Source: Candidatus Latescibacterota bacterium
GTDB lineage: Bacteria; Latescibacterota; UBA2968; GCA-2709665
DNA length: 64,000 nucleotides
NCBI GenBank assembly: GCA_965208835.1
Contig: OZ242358.1
Coordinates: 4,064,001-4,128,000, forward strand
Reading direction: 5' to 3'
The notes under the pieces are model-generated. The model was not told the origin of the DNA, searched no databases, and saw only the letters and a list, made by a program, of their open reading frames with translations. Shown here in pieces: positions 30,333-40,000 of this stretch. The position numbers and the translations under genes are program-made. Every line of letters begins with the position of its first letter. Within the stretch, counting starts at the first letter, position 1.

Positions 30333-30758
30333 TCAATCGACCTCGTGAGCGGTCAGAAACATTGATTTTTCCAGGAACCTGAAAAACTTCTGGTAAATTG
30401 AAGGATCTTCGACTCCCTTGCGATTGTATTCCAGATTGGCGCGCACCTCGACCTGGGTTTCGCCCCTTGGACGTACGGTTACCGTCATTTGCGCCCAATC
30501 GTTCCTTCTTGTCGCGCTGATAACGCCGAGCACTTTATTGGCTTCGTCTATGAGAAAGTCGAAATCCTGAAGTGTGGATATTACACTCCTGAGTGCCTTT
30601 TTTTCGTCCGTGGTGTCAAATGCGCGGGTCTGCATGCTCCGCAGGTTGATTTGACTGGTGTCCATCTTCATCAATTGCCCTTTGGAAGTTGCGCATCCGG
30701 ACAAACCGACTGAAATCGCGGTGACAATTGCGGTGAACGCTATCCTGGAAAATCCCAT
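30333..30758 (-). CDS. Uncharacterised lipoprotein, paralogue 3
   Basis: Lipobox LSGC from ATG 30758; same conserved core; ends AHEVD like paralogue 2. Confidence 0.8.
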   Translation of the reverse strand: MGFSRIAFTAIVTAISVGLSGCATSKGQLMKMDTSQINLRSMQTRAFDTTDEKKALRSVISTLQDFDFLIDEANKVLGVISATRRNDWAQMTVTVRPRGETQVEVRANLEYNRKGVEDPSIYQKFFRFLEKSMFLTAHEVD

Positions 30759-30826
30759 ATTGCTGTTTACCTGGTGAATCACCGCTTGTATGGAAGCGAC
30801 GAGGTTAAGGCAGAAATAGCATCCAC

Positions 30827-31276
30827 TCAATCAACTTCATGAGCGGACAGGTAGATTGATTTTTCCAAAACGTTGAAGAAATTCTGATATACGAGCGGGT
30901 TTTTTACCGCTTTATCGTCGAACTGCGCGTTCGCTCGCACCAACAACTGGGTTTCGCCCCTCGGGCGGACCGTTACGGTGATCAGGAGCGGAAGTTTCTT
31001 CTTGGAAAACAGCTTATACTTTATGTCCGTTGTTCGGGCGCTGACCGTTCCGATCACTTCATTCGCCTCATTCACGATATAGCCCAGGTCCTGAAGTGTG
31101 GAAATCACAGTTCTGAGCATGCCTTCTTTATCGGTCGTGTCGAATGCACGGGTCTGCATGCTTCGCATCTCGACCTGGCTTTCGTCCATCTTCAACAGAT
31201 GCTCTTTCGATGACGCGCACGCGGAATAAACGAACAATGCGCCAATCGCGACCGCCAATTTCCCGGTTGCTGTCAT
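30827..31276 (-). CDS. Uncharacterised lipoprotein, paralogue 2
   Basis: Lipobox VYSAC; conserved core; ATGA overlap with the upstream gene. Confidence 0.8.
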   Translation of the reverse strand: MTATGKLAVAIGALFVYSACASSKEHLLKMDESQVEMRSMQTRAFDTTDKEGMLRTVISTLQDLGYIVNEANEVIGTVSARTTDIKYKLFSKKKLPLLITVTVRPRGETQLLVRANAQFDDKAVKNPLVYQNFFNVLEKSIYLSAHEVD

Positions 31277-31884
31277 ATTTCCTGCCCTTCCAACAGAATT
31301 GACTTTGAGAGTAGATCGAAGAACCTCTGGTACATCTCCGGTTCATCCAGGCTTTGGAGCCGTGCCACTTCGTCATCTGTATTCCAGACAATCCGCTGAA
31401 ACGTCACTCTTACGTAGTGTATGCTGTCGTTATCCTCCGACGGCCGACGGATTACGATGGACGCCCACAGCTTCTGATAGTCGTCGACGGCGGGTACGTG
31501 AAAGATCTGGTCAAAGACATCTCCGTCTTTCGCAGCAGCCGCAGCCATCACGCCGAGCAGGAACGTCGTCGCGCCAATCAGCACCTGCTCCGCGCGCTGC
31601 GCTGCGTCAGGATCCGCATCTCTGTCTTTTGCGCCAACGATAAGTCCGAGACTGGTCTCGCTCTCATCGATGATGAAACCCAGGTCCTGAATCACGCCGG
31701 TCGACGCGGACAAGAGATCGGCTTCCGAAATCCCTTCGTATTTTCTTGTCTGTAAAGCCCGGTTTTGCAATGACTCCGGAGTTAGTCTAAGGACATGCGA
31801 GGGCAGGCCGCCCCTGGCACAGCCTGTCAACACCAGAGCCGCCATGACCAGTGGCAATACTGGATGTATCCTTGCCCGGATCAT
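31273..31884 (-). CDS. Uncharacterised lipoprotein, paralogue 1 (with hydrophobic insertion)
   Basis: Lipobox LTGC; QTRKYE...IQDLGFII...YQRFFDLLSKSI; internal insertion VLIGATTFLLGVMAAAAA. Confidence 0.75.
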   Translation of the reverse strand: MIRARIHPVLPLVMAALVLTGCARGGLPSHVLRLTPESLQNRALQTRKYEGISEADLLSASTGVIQDLGFIIDESETSLGLIVGAKDRDADPDAAQRAEQVLIGATTFLLGVMAAAAAKDGDVFDQIFHVPAVDDYQKLWASIVIRRPSEDNDSIHYVRVTFQRIVWNTDDEVARLQSLDEPEMYQRFFDLLSKSILLEGQEI

Positions 31885-31946
31885 CCTGGGACCTCCTCTG
31901 TTTGGGCGGTCTCGCAACCAGCGCTTCGATACAGGGTTTGTACATT

Positions 31947-32384
31947 TCAGAACCGCGATGCGTGATAGGCGAAGTCTCTCACCTTCTTGTCCTCGTCGAA
32001 TTTAATGATTACGGTGAGCGTCCTCTGCGACGTCGATTCGGCTCCGGAGTCTCCGGCCAACTTGGCGCCCCTGAAAGCGAAATCGACCAACCCGACAAGA
32101 ATCAGAGATGGAATACCAGCCTTGCTGGACGAGTATGCCTTTTCCGTGGAGATCTTGTCATATATCCACACTTCCCGCCGCTCTTCGTCGGTCGAGACGA
32201 CATTCGGCGATCCGAGAGCCTGAGCGACCTCAGCGCCGCTCATGCCCACTCTGATTTCCTTCTGGACCACTCCCACGGTCATCCGGTCGCCCTCGTCATC
32301 CCGCACAGACGATCGGTGGTGCTGTGCCACCATGCAGCCCGACAGAGTCAGTACGGCAATTGCCGATACGAAGTAAGCCTTCAT
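31947..32384 (-). CDS. SmpA/OmlA (BamE-like) domain lipoprotein
   Basis: Lipobox LSGC; IRVGMSGAEVAQALGSP...EVWIY...LTVIIKFDEDKKV fits the SmpA/OmlA fold pattern; GGAGG RBS. Confidence 0.7.
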   Translation of the reverse strand: MKAYFVSAIAVLTLSGCMVAQHHRSSVRDDEGDRMTVGVVQKEIRVGMSGAEVAQALGSPNVVSTDEERREVWIYDKISTEKAYSSSKAGIPSLILVGLVDFAFRGAKLAGDSGAESTSQRTLTVIIKFDEDKKVRDFAYHASRF

Positions 32385-32564
32385 TTTCGATTCCTCCTTC
32401 TTGAATGCATTCCGATTTCACGCACGTCGAGTCACGTGCATGCTGAACCCGGTCACGTACGTATAAGTACGTTTTGCGACGGTCTTTCCCTCTGCGGATG
32501 CGGTTATAAGCCGCCGATACGCAGCCAGTGACGAGAGGCAATATTCACCAATGCACGATTCAGC

Positions 32565-35500
32565 CTATCCCGAAGTCCCGAAGGCATCCACAAACTCAAA
32601 GAAATCTGCAAAGTTCACGATGCCGTTGTCGTCAAGGTCGTATTTCGCGTCCGTGGTGCCGAAGGCGTCCACGAAGTCGAAGAAGTCCGCGAAGTTCACG
32701 ATGCCGTCGCCGTTGAAGTCCGCCGTCTTCTGTCCCTGGGTCTGAGTGCAGTCCGGCAAATTGAGCTTGTCCAGATCATTTTGGGAAACGTCCCTCAATG
32801 ATGGCGGGACGCAACCTGTCAGCGAGTTCCCCGAGAGATACAGCAGGCCCAATCTGGCCAGTCCGCTCAATGTCGAGGGAATGGACCCGGTCAGCCTGTT
32901 GTCGTCCAGGCGCACTTCCTGCAGCAGACTCAGATTTCCCAGATCCGCGGGGATCGTACCGGTAAACCTGTTGCCAAATATGAGCAGCTGCCACAGTTCG
33001 GTCAGGTTGCCCAACTCAGTCGGGATTGCGCCGGTCAACTGGTTCTCGTAGAGGTTCAGTATCTGCAAGCGGCGCAGGGTACCAACCCACGACGGGAAAT
33101 TGCCGGTCAACCCATTGATCTGAAGGGCAAACTTTCGAAGGTTGGTCAGGTTTTTCAGCTCCGCGGGGATGGTACCGGTCAAACGGTTGCTCGGAAGAAC
33201 CAAATGGGTCAGGCCGGTCATCGTACCCAGCGCCGCGGGGATGGTCCCTGTCAACTGGTTGTAGCCGAATTGCAACGCGTTCAGGCCGGTCAGGCGGCTC
33301 AACCCGGCCGGAATGGTTCCGTTCAGGCTCTTGTTCCAGAGTCTCAAGTTCGTTACGCGCTGCGGCGTGCCGCTTATCGTAACGCCGTCCCACGTCGCGA
33401 TCGCGGTATTCTCCGACCAGTTCAGCGACGCTGTCCCTCTCAGGGGATCCCTCGCCTCCAGCAGCACATTGCAGTCGGAGACCAGCCACGGGTTGGCGGC
33501 AGGATTCGGCACGGCGCTTCCGGTCGCGCACGGCCCCTGCGGCGCCGGCGGCGTGGGAGCGGCGGCGACCGCGAGGGCCAGACCGAATGGATTGTCCAGG
33601 CCATCGGATCCGGTCACAAGGTCTTCCACGTTTGAACCGTCCAGATCGGCGCGCTGGATCCTGTCATTGTCCAGGTCCGTCCAGTACATCTTGCCCGCGG
33701 CCAGGTCCAAGTCCACCTCGACTGGTTTGGCCAGACCGCGGGTGATGACGTCTTCGATATTGGAGCCGTCAAGGTCGGCTCGCTGAATCACGCCTGTTTC
33801 GCGATCCGTGAAGTACATCTTGCCGTGTACCACGTCCAGCGCCAGACCGCTGGGACTCCCGAAACCGCTGGTGATCAGGTCTTCCACGTTAGAGCCGTCC
33901 AGGTCCGCACGCTGGATCTTGTCGGCCGACGAGTCCGTCCAGTACATCTTGCCGCCGGACACGTCCAGAACCAGGCCGGCCGGGCTGTTCAACCCCCCGG
34001 CGACCACCAGGTTCTCAACGTTGGAGCCGTCCAGGTCCGCACGCCGGATCCTGTCCGTACCCCAGTCGGTCCAGTACATCTTGCCGCCGGACACGTCCAG
34101 CGCCAGCCAGACCGGCGTGTCCAAACCGCTGGTGATCAGGTCTTCGACGTTCGAGCCGTCAAGGTCAGCACGCCGGATCTTCTGCGTGCCCGAATCGGTC
34201 CAGTACATCTTCCCGGCAGACAGGTCCACTGCCAACCCGACCGGGGTATTCAGACCGCTGGTGACCACGTCTTCCACGTTCGAGCCGTCCAGGTCCGCAC
34301 GCTGGATCTTCTGCGTGCCCCAGTCCGTCCAATAAAGCTCCGGATTCGCCTGCGGTTCGTTCACGTCGGTCAGGTTGATCGTCACGTCTATCGTGGCACT
34401 GCCGCCCTGGCCGTCGGACACCCGCACCGTCACGTCGTAGCGGTTCTTCACCTCGTAGTCGTAGATGACGCCCGTTTTGGTCTGCAACTGGCCGCTGGTT
34501 GAGACGAGGACGAAACTCGCGGCATCCGTACCCTCCAGGCTGTAGGAGAGTGTTCCACCGTCGCCATCCGTCGCACGAATCGGGCCGCCGACGTTCTGTC
34601 CCGCTGGCGTATTCTCTGCGAAGCTGCGCGTTGTGCTGGCGCCTTCGCTAAACGTCGGTACGTGATTCGTCCCTCCGCCTACCTCCGCGGTAACCGGCAA
34701 CTGCGCCGTCAGCGACGCCCCACTGTAATTCGCGATTGCCCCGGCGCCCACCGTGAACGTCAGCGTGCCGTCGGTGTCAATGTCGCCGTTAAAGGTCAGC
34801 GTGACTGTCACCTTCGTGTCGCTCACGCGCTGGACACCGAACGCGCCCACGCTCACGCCGGTAATGCCCGATACTGTCACACCACCCCGAACGTCGAAAA
34901 TGGAACTTGCGTACGCGCCGCCCGTAAGTGTCAATGTGACGACGCTGCCGTTCAGCGTCGCCTCGGTCAATGGAGACGGCGTCGACGCCGTCACCGATTC
35001 CATCCCCGCGCTCACCGGCAGTGTCGCGATGAGTGCGAGACCGCTGTAGTTCGCGATCGCGTCCGCGCCCACGGTGAACGTCAACGTGCCGTCCGCGTCG
35101 ATATCGCCATTGAAGTCCAGTTCAACCGTCACCTTCGTGTCGCTCACACGCTGGATACCGAACGTGCCAACGCTCACGCCCGTAATCCCCGATACGGACA
35201 CACCGCGCCGGACGTCGAAGATAGAACTCGCGTAGGAACGACCCGAAAGCGTGAGTGTCACAACGCTCCCGTTCAACGTCGCCTCCGTCAAGGACTGCGC
35301 CACTGTCGCAACAACGGTTTCCTCCAGGGCAACTACATCTACCTGGTCCGTAAGCGCGGGTCCGCTGTAGTTCGCGAGTGCCCCCGCGCCCACGGTGAAT
35401 GTCAACGTGCCGTCCGCGTCGATGTCGCCATTGAAGTCCAGTTCAACCGTCACTTTCGTGTCGCTCACACGCTGCACCCCGAAAGTGCCTACGCTCACGC

Positions 35501-37040
35501 CGGTAATTCCCGACACCGACACCCCGTCGCGGACGTCGAAGGTAGAACTCGCGTATCTCGCCCCGGTAAGCGTCAACGTCACCACGCTCCCGTCCAGCGT
35601 TGCCTCCGTCAATGGCGAAACCGTTGTGGCGGTAACCGATTCCATCGCCGCGGCCACTGAAAGTTGTGCCGAGAGCGCGGGCCCGTTATAATTCGCGAGT
35701 GCCCCCGCGCCCACGGTGAACGTCAGCGTACCGTCGCTGTCGATGTCGCCGTTGAACGTCAGCTCAACCGTTACCACCGTATCACTCTTCCGCTGCACGC
35801 CGAACGTGCCCACACTCACACCCGCAATACCCGACACGGACACCGCATCTCGGACGTCGAAGATGGAACTCGTGTATTTTCCTCCGGTGAGCGTCAACGT
35901 TACCAGACTCCCGTTCAGCGTCGCTTCGGTTAACGGTGATGCCGTTGTTGCCGTCAACGTCTCCATGGCAGCACTTACCGGCAACTGCGCGGTCAGTGCG
36001 GACCCGGTGTAATTCGCGATCGCGTCCGCGCCCACCGAGAACGTCAACGTGCCGTCGCTGTCTATGTCGCCGTTGAACGTCAGCTCAACCGTTACCACCG
36101 TATCACTCTTCCGCTGCACGCCGAACGTTCCAACGCTCACCCCGGCAATGCCCGATACTGACACGCCGTCACGAACGTCGAAGATCGAGCTCTCATATAG
36201 GCCACCAGTCAGCGTAAGCGTCACCACGCTCCCATTCAGCGACGATTCGGTCAACGGCGACGTCGTCGTCGCCGTCACCGATTCCATCCCCGCGCTCACG
36301 GTCAACTCTGCGGTCAACGCGGCGCCGTTGTAGGACTCGATCGCGTCGGCGCCCACTGTAAACGTCAGCGTACCGTCGCTGTCGATGTCGCCGTTGAAAT
36401 CCAACTCAACCGTCACCGTGGAATCGCTCACGCGTTGCACGCCGAACGTGCCCACGCTAACGCCCGCAATTCCGGACACCGAAACGCCGTCACGAACGTC
36501 GAAGATCGAACTCTCGAAATCTCGTCCGGAAAGCGTCAACGTCACCACGCTCCCGTCCAGCGTCGCTTCGGTCAACGGCGACACTGTCGATGCCTCCACC
36601 GTTTCTTCCACCGACGGGATAGACAAATCTCTCGTTAGCGCGGCGCCGTTGTAAGACGCGATGGCTCCCGCGCCAACCGTGAACGTGAGCGTTCCTTCTT
36701 CGTCGAAGTCTCCGTTGAAGTCCAGTTCTATCGTCAATTTGGTATCGCTTGCACGCGTTATCCCGAACGTCCCCACGCTAACGCCTGCAATCCCCGATAC
36801 CGTTACCGCCCGACGGATGGAGAAGATAGACCGCTCGAAAGTACGCCCGGCAAGCGTCACGGTAACCTCGCTGCCATCCAGCGTCGCCTCGGTCAACGGA
36901 CTTGACGTCGACACGGTGATCGACTCCTGAACCGCAGGAACGGGAACCTGGGCGTTTCCCGAAACCGGCAGGGCGAATGCCGCCACAACGACTCCCAACG
37001 TCATCACGGCGGATCGCCAATTCCAAACTCTCCGTTCCAT
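32565..37040 (-). CDS. Giant secreted adhesin-like protein: 7x 107-aa beta repeats + cadherin + YWTD propeller + plant-type LRR + dockerin
   Basis: Seven PLTEATLxGSxVTLTL...TFTVGA repeats; cadherin motifs (ENT, ATDGD, DYE, DVNE); six YWTD-type repeats; LRRs; DFNGDGIVNFADFF twice. Confidence 0.85.
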   Translation of the reverse strand: MERRVWNWRSAVMTLGVVVAAFALPVSGNAQVPVPAVQESITVSTSSPLTEATLDGSEVTVTLAGRTFERSIFSIRRAVTVSGIAGVSVGTFGITRASDTKLTIELDFNGDFDEEGTLTFTVGAGAIASYNGAALTRDLSIPSVEETVEASTVSPLTEATLDGSVVTLTLSGRDFESSIFDVRDGVSVSGIAGVSVGTFGVQRVSDSTVTVELDFNGDIDSDGTLTFTVGADAIESYNGAALTAELTVSAGMESVTATTTSPLTESSLNGSVVTLTLTGGLYESSIFDVRDGVSVSGIAGVSVGTFGVQRKSDTVVTVELTFNGDIDSDGTLTFSVGADAIANYTGSALTAQLPVSAAMETLTATTASPLTEATLNGSLVTLTLTGGKYTSSIFDVRDAVSVSGIAGVSVGTFGVQRKSDTVVTVELTFNGDIDSDGTLTFTVGAGALANYNGPALSAQLSVAAAMESVTATTVSPLTEATLDGSVVTLTLTGARYASSTFDVRDGVSVSGITGVSVGTFGVQRVSDTKVTVELDFNGDIDADGTLTFTVGAGALANYSGPALTDQVDVVALEETVVATVAQSLTEATLNGSVVTLTLSGRSYASSIFDVRRGVSVSGITGVSVGTFGIQRVSDTKVTVELDFNGDIDADGTLTFTVGADAIANYSGLALIATLPVSAGMESVTASTPSPLTEATLNGSVVTLTLTGGAYASSIFDVRGGVTVSGITGVSVGAFGVQRVSDTKVTVTLTFNGDIDTDGTLTFTVGAGAIANYSGASLTAQLPVTAEVGGGTNHVPTFSEGASTTRSFAENTPAGQNVGGPIRATDGDGGTLSYSLEGTDAASFVLVSTSGQLQTKTGVIYDYEVKNRYDVTVRVSDGQGGSATIDVTINLTDVNEPQANPELYWTDWGTQKIQRADLDGSNVEDVVTSGLNTPVGLAVDLSAGKMYWTDSGTQKIRRADLDGSNVEDLITSGLDTPVWLALDVSGGKMYWTDWGTDRIRRADLDGSNVENLVVAGGLNSPAGLVLDVSGGKMYWTDSSADKIQRADLDGSNVEDLITSGFGSPSGLALDVVHGKMYFTDRETGVIQRADLDGSNIEDVITRGLAKPVEVDLDLAAGKMYWTDLDNDRIQRADLDGSNVEDLVTGSDGLDNPFGLALAVAAAPTPPAPQGPCATGSAVPNPAANPWLVSDCNVLLEARDPLRGTASLNWSENTAIATWDGVTISGTPQRVTNLRLWNKSLNGTIPAGLSRLTGLNALQFGYNQLTGTIPAALGTMTGLTHLVLPSNRLTGTIPAELKNLTNLRKFALQINGLTGNFPSWVGTLRRLQILNLYENQLTGAIPTELGNLTELWQLLIFGNRFTGTIPADLGNLSLLQEVRLDDNRLTGSIPSTLSGLARLGLLYLSGNSLTGCVPPSLRDVSQNDLDKLNLPDCTQTQGQKTADFNGDGIVNFADFFDFVDAFGTTDAKYDLDDNGIVNFADFFEFVDAFGTSG
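34690..36930. repeat. Tandem coding repeat, 7 x 321 bp
   Basis: Antisense shadow ORFs recur at about 321-bp spacing (e.g. 35395, 35716); protein repeats are highly similar. Confidence 0.9.
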
Positions 37041-37053
37041 AAGTCAGCATCCC

Positions 37054-40000
37054 CTATTCAAAAGTGCCTCGCGTGACACGTCCTCCCTCGATGCTGCATC
37101 CGCCGGCAGAAACACAGGTGTATCTGGTTCCGTCCTGCAGCTCGATCAGGCCGCCGTTCTGGAAGCTGAGTACCGCGCGCCCCCCGCTGATTGTAAGGCT
37201 CGCATTCCGAATGAGCCTGGGCACGAAGAAGCCGGTGGGGAAGTTCGGAAGCACGTCACCGACGCCCCAGGTTCCGCCGCCGTTACCGCCTGCGGCGCCT
37301 ACGGCCAGTCCGGATGGGTCGACCAGCCCGTTGGCGCTCGTCAGGAGGTCTTCGACGTTGGACCCGTCCAGATCCGCGCGCTGCACCCTGTCGGCATCCA
37401 CGTCCGTCCAGTACATCTTGCCGCCCGAAACATCAAGGTCCAGCCCGTTGGGAGTCGTCAGACCGGTGGCAACCAAATCTTCAACACCGGAACCGTCCAG
37501 ATTTGAGCGCTGGATCTTGCGGTTTCCGCGGTCCGTCCAGTACATCTTGCCGCCCGACAGATCCAGGGCAATGCCGGTTGGGCTACTCAGTCCACTGGTC
37601 ACGAGGTCTTCCAGATTGGAGCCGTTCAGGTCCGCACGCTGGATCTTGTCCGACCCGGGATTCGTCCAGTACATCTTTCCATTGGCCACGTCGAGTGCGA
37701 TTTCACCAGGAAATGCCAGGCCGGCCAGCGTGAGGAGGTCTTCAACGTTGGAACCGTCCGGGTCCGCGCGCTGGATCTTTCCGTTCTGCCGGTCCGTCCA
37801 GTATATCTTGCCGCCGGACACGTCAAGCGCCAGACCGTACGGCACGCTCAGGCCGCTTGTGATGACGTTCTCCACGTTCGAGCCGTCCAGATCCGCACGC
37901 TGGATCTTTGCCGTACCCGCGTCCGTCCAGTAAATCTTGCCGCCCGATATATCCACGGCCAATCCGTCCGGGCCGTTCAGGCCCGCGCTGCTGACCAGGT
38001 CTTCGACGTTGGATCCGTCCAGATCCGCGCGCTGGATCTTGTCAGTACCCCAATCCGACCAGTACAGTTTCGACGTACCCGTGGCGGGGGGCGTCGTCGC
38101 CGCAACAGTAATGCTTACCGCGGCGGAGCAGTTGTTTCCTGTGTCGGATTCACCGGATACCGCATCCACACAGGCGCCGTAGTAGTAGGTGCCGGAATTC
38201 GAAGGCGCCGTCAGGTCAATCGCCAAAGCCAGATCAATCGATCCGGGATTCCCTCCCGACGCCGCAAGGCCGTTCACCGCGTCCGTTCCAACTTCCGTGT
38301 CGGACGTTGAGATGCTCGCGTCGACCGACATATAGTAGCGCAACGTCGTAGCCGCCGACATCTGATCGCCCTGGTTGCGAACTGACGCGCCCAGCCTGAA
38401 GGTGTCGCCGGCAGCCGGGCTGCTGTTGCTGACGAAAGGCGAAACGACAACCAGGTCGGCACCGCCTCCACCCCCGCCGCCGGAACCGCCACCCCCGCCG
38501 CCGGACGCCGTCGCCAGGGCCAGACCCGACGGGTCCACCAGCCCGTTGGCTCCGGTTACCAGGTCTTCCACGTTGGAGCCGTCCAGGTTGGCGCGTTGAA
38601 CCTTATTCGTGCCGGTGTCGGCCCAGTACATTTTCCCTCCGGACACGTCGAGAGCCAGGCCATTCGGTCGATCCAGACCGCTGGTGACAAGGTCTTCGAC
38701 ATTGGCCCCACTGAGGTCCGAACGCTGGATCTTGTCCGAACGCCTGTCCGTCCAGTACATCTTGCCCCCGGAAACATCGAGTGCGATCCCGGTCGGACTG
38801 TCTACGCCCCTGGTGACGAGGTCTTCGACTCCTGATCCATCCAGGTTGGACCGCTGAATCCTGTTCGCGCCCGGATTGGTCCAGTACATCTTGCCGCCAG
38901 ACACGTCCAGGGCCAGACCGCCGGGAAACGTCAGACCGCTGGTGATCAGGTCTTCCGCGTTGGCGCCGTTGAGGTCGGCACGTTGTATCTTGTTCGTCTG
39001 CCGGTTCGTCCAGTACATCTTGCCGCCAGACACGTCCAGGGCCAGACCGTACGGTATTCCCAGGCCCGTTACCAGGTCTTCCACGTTCCCGCCATTGAGA
39101 TCAGCACGCTGGATCTTGTTGGCGCCCGCATCCGTCCAGTACATCTTGCCGCCTGCCATATCCAGCGCCAAACCGTCCGGCCCGTCCAGTCCGCCGCCGG
39201 AGACCAGGTCTTCCACCCCCGAGCCGTCCAGGTTGGCGCGCTGGATCTTGTCGGTTCCCCAGTCCGTCCAGTAGAGTTTGGAAGCTCCAGGGGTGGGCGG
39301 TGGTGGCGCCGCAGCAACCGTCAGGGCAACGGCGGGCGAACAGTTGTTCCCCGTATTGGACTCGCCGGAAACCGCGTCGACACACGCGCCGTAGTAGTAG
39401 GTTCCCGAACTGGAAGGCGCCGTCAGGTTGATCGACTCCGCGCTAACGCCGCCGGCAGAGAGTCCGCTCACCGCGTCAGTGCCTGCTTGCGTGTCGCTGG
39501 TGTTCACTGTCGCGTCGGTCGAACGGTAGTAGCGCAAGGTCGTCGCGGCAGACGTTCCGTTACCCTGGTTCCGGACTGTCGCGCCAAGCGTAAAGGTCGC
39601 CCCGTGCGATACGCGACTGCTGCTCAGAGAAGGGGACTGAACGACCAGATCCGGGTTGCCGCTACCACCACCCCCACCGCCCGGCGATGGCGGTGGACCT
39701 CCAAAGCCTTGCGCGAAGATCAGAAAATCCGTAAAGTCAACCGAACCATCGGAATTCAGGTCCTGCGCGGCATTGTACCTCCCGTCGCCCTGCCGCGACC
39801 CGAACGCGCCCGCAAAAATCAGAAAGTCCGAAAATCCGACGAAATCATCGCCGTCGAAGTCGGGAGAGGGCGCCGAGTTAAACGTAACCTCACTGCTTGT
39901 CCTGAGTTCGTCGCTCGAGGTGGGACTTTCCGCGAGGGTAACCGACTCGATGCCTATGGCGAATTCCCGGCCGGTTACGTCCGCAACGGTCGTAAACTCC

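Noticed and set aside
10560-39280. Regularly spaced DNA repeats (GIWSDG, YWTD, WD40 units) as CRISPR arrays
   Set aside because: Repeats are degenerate, codon-periodic and inside ORFs; no unique spacers with invariant repeats; no cas genes.
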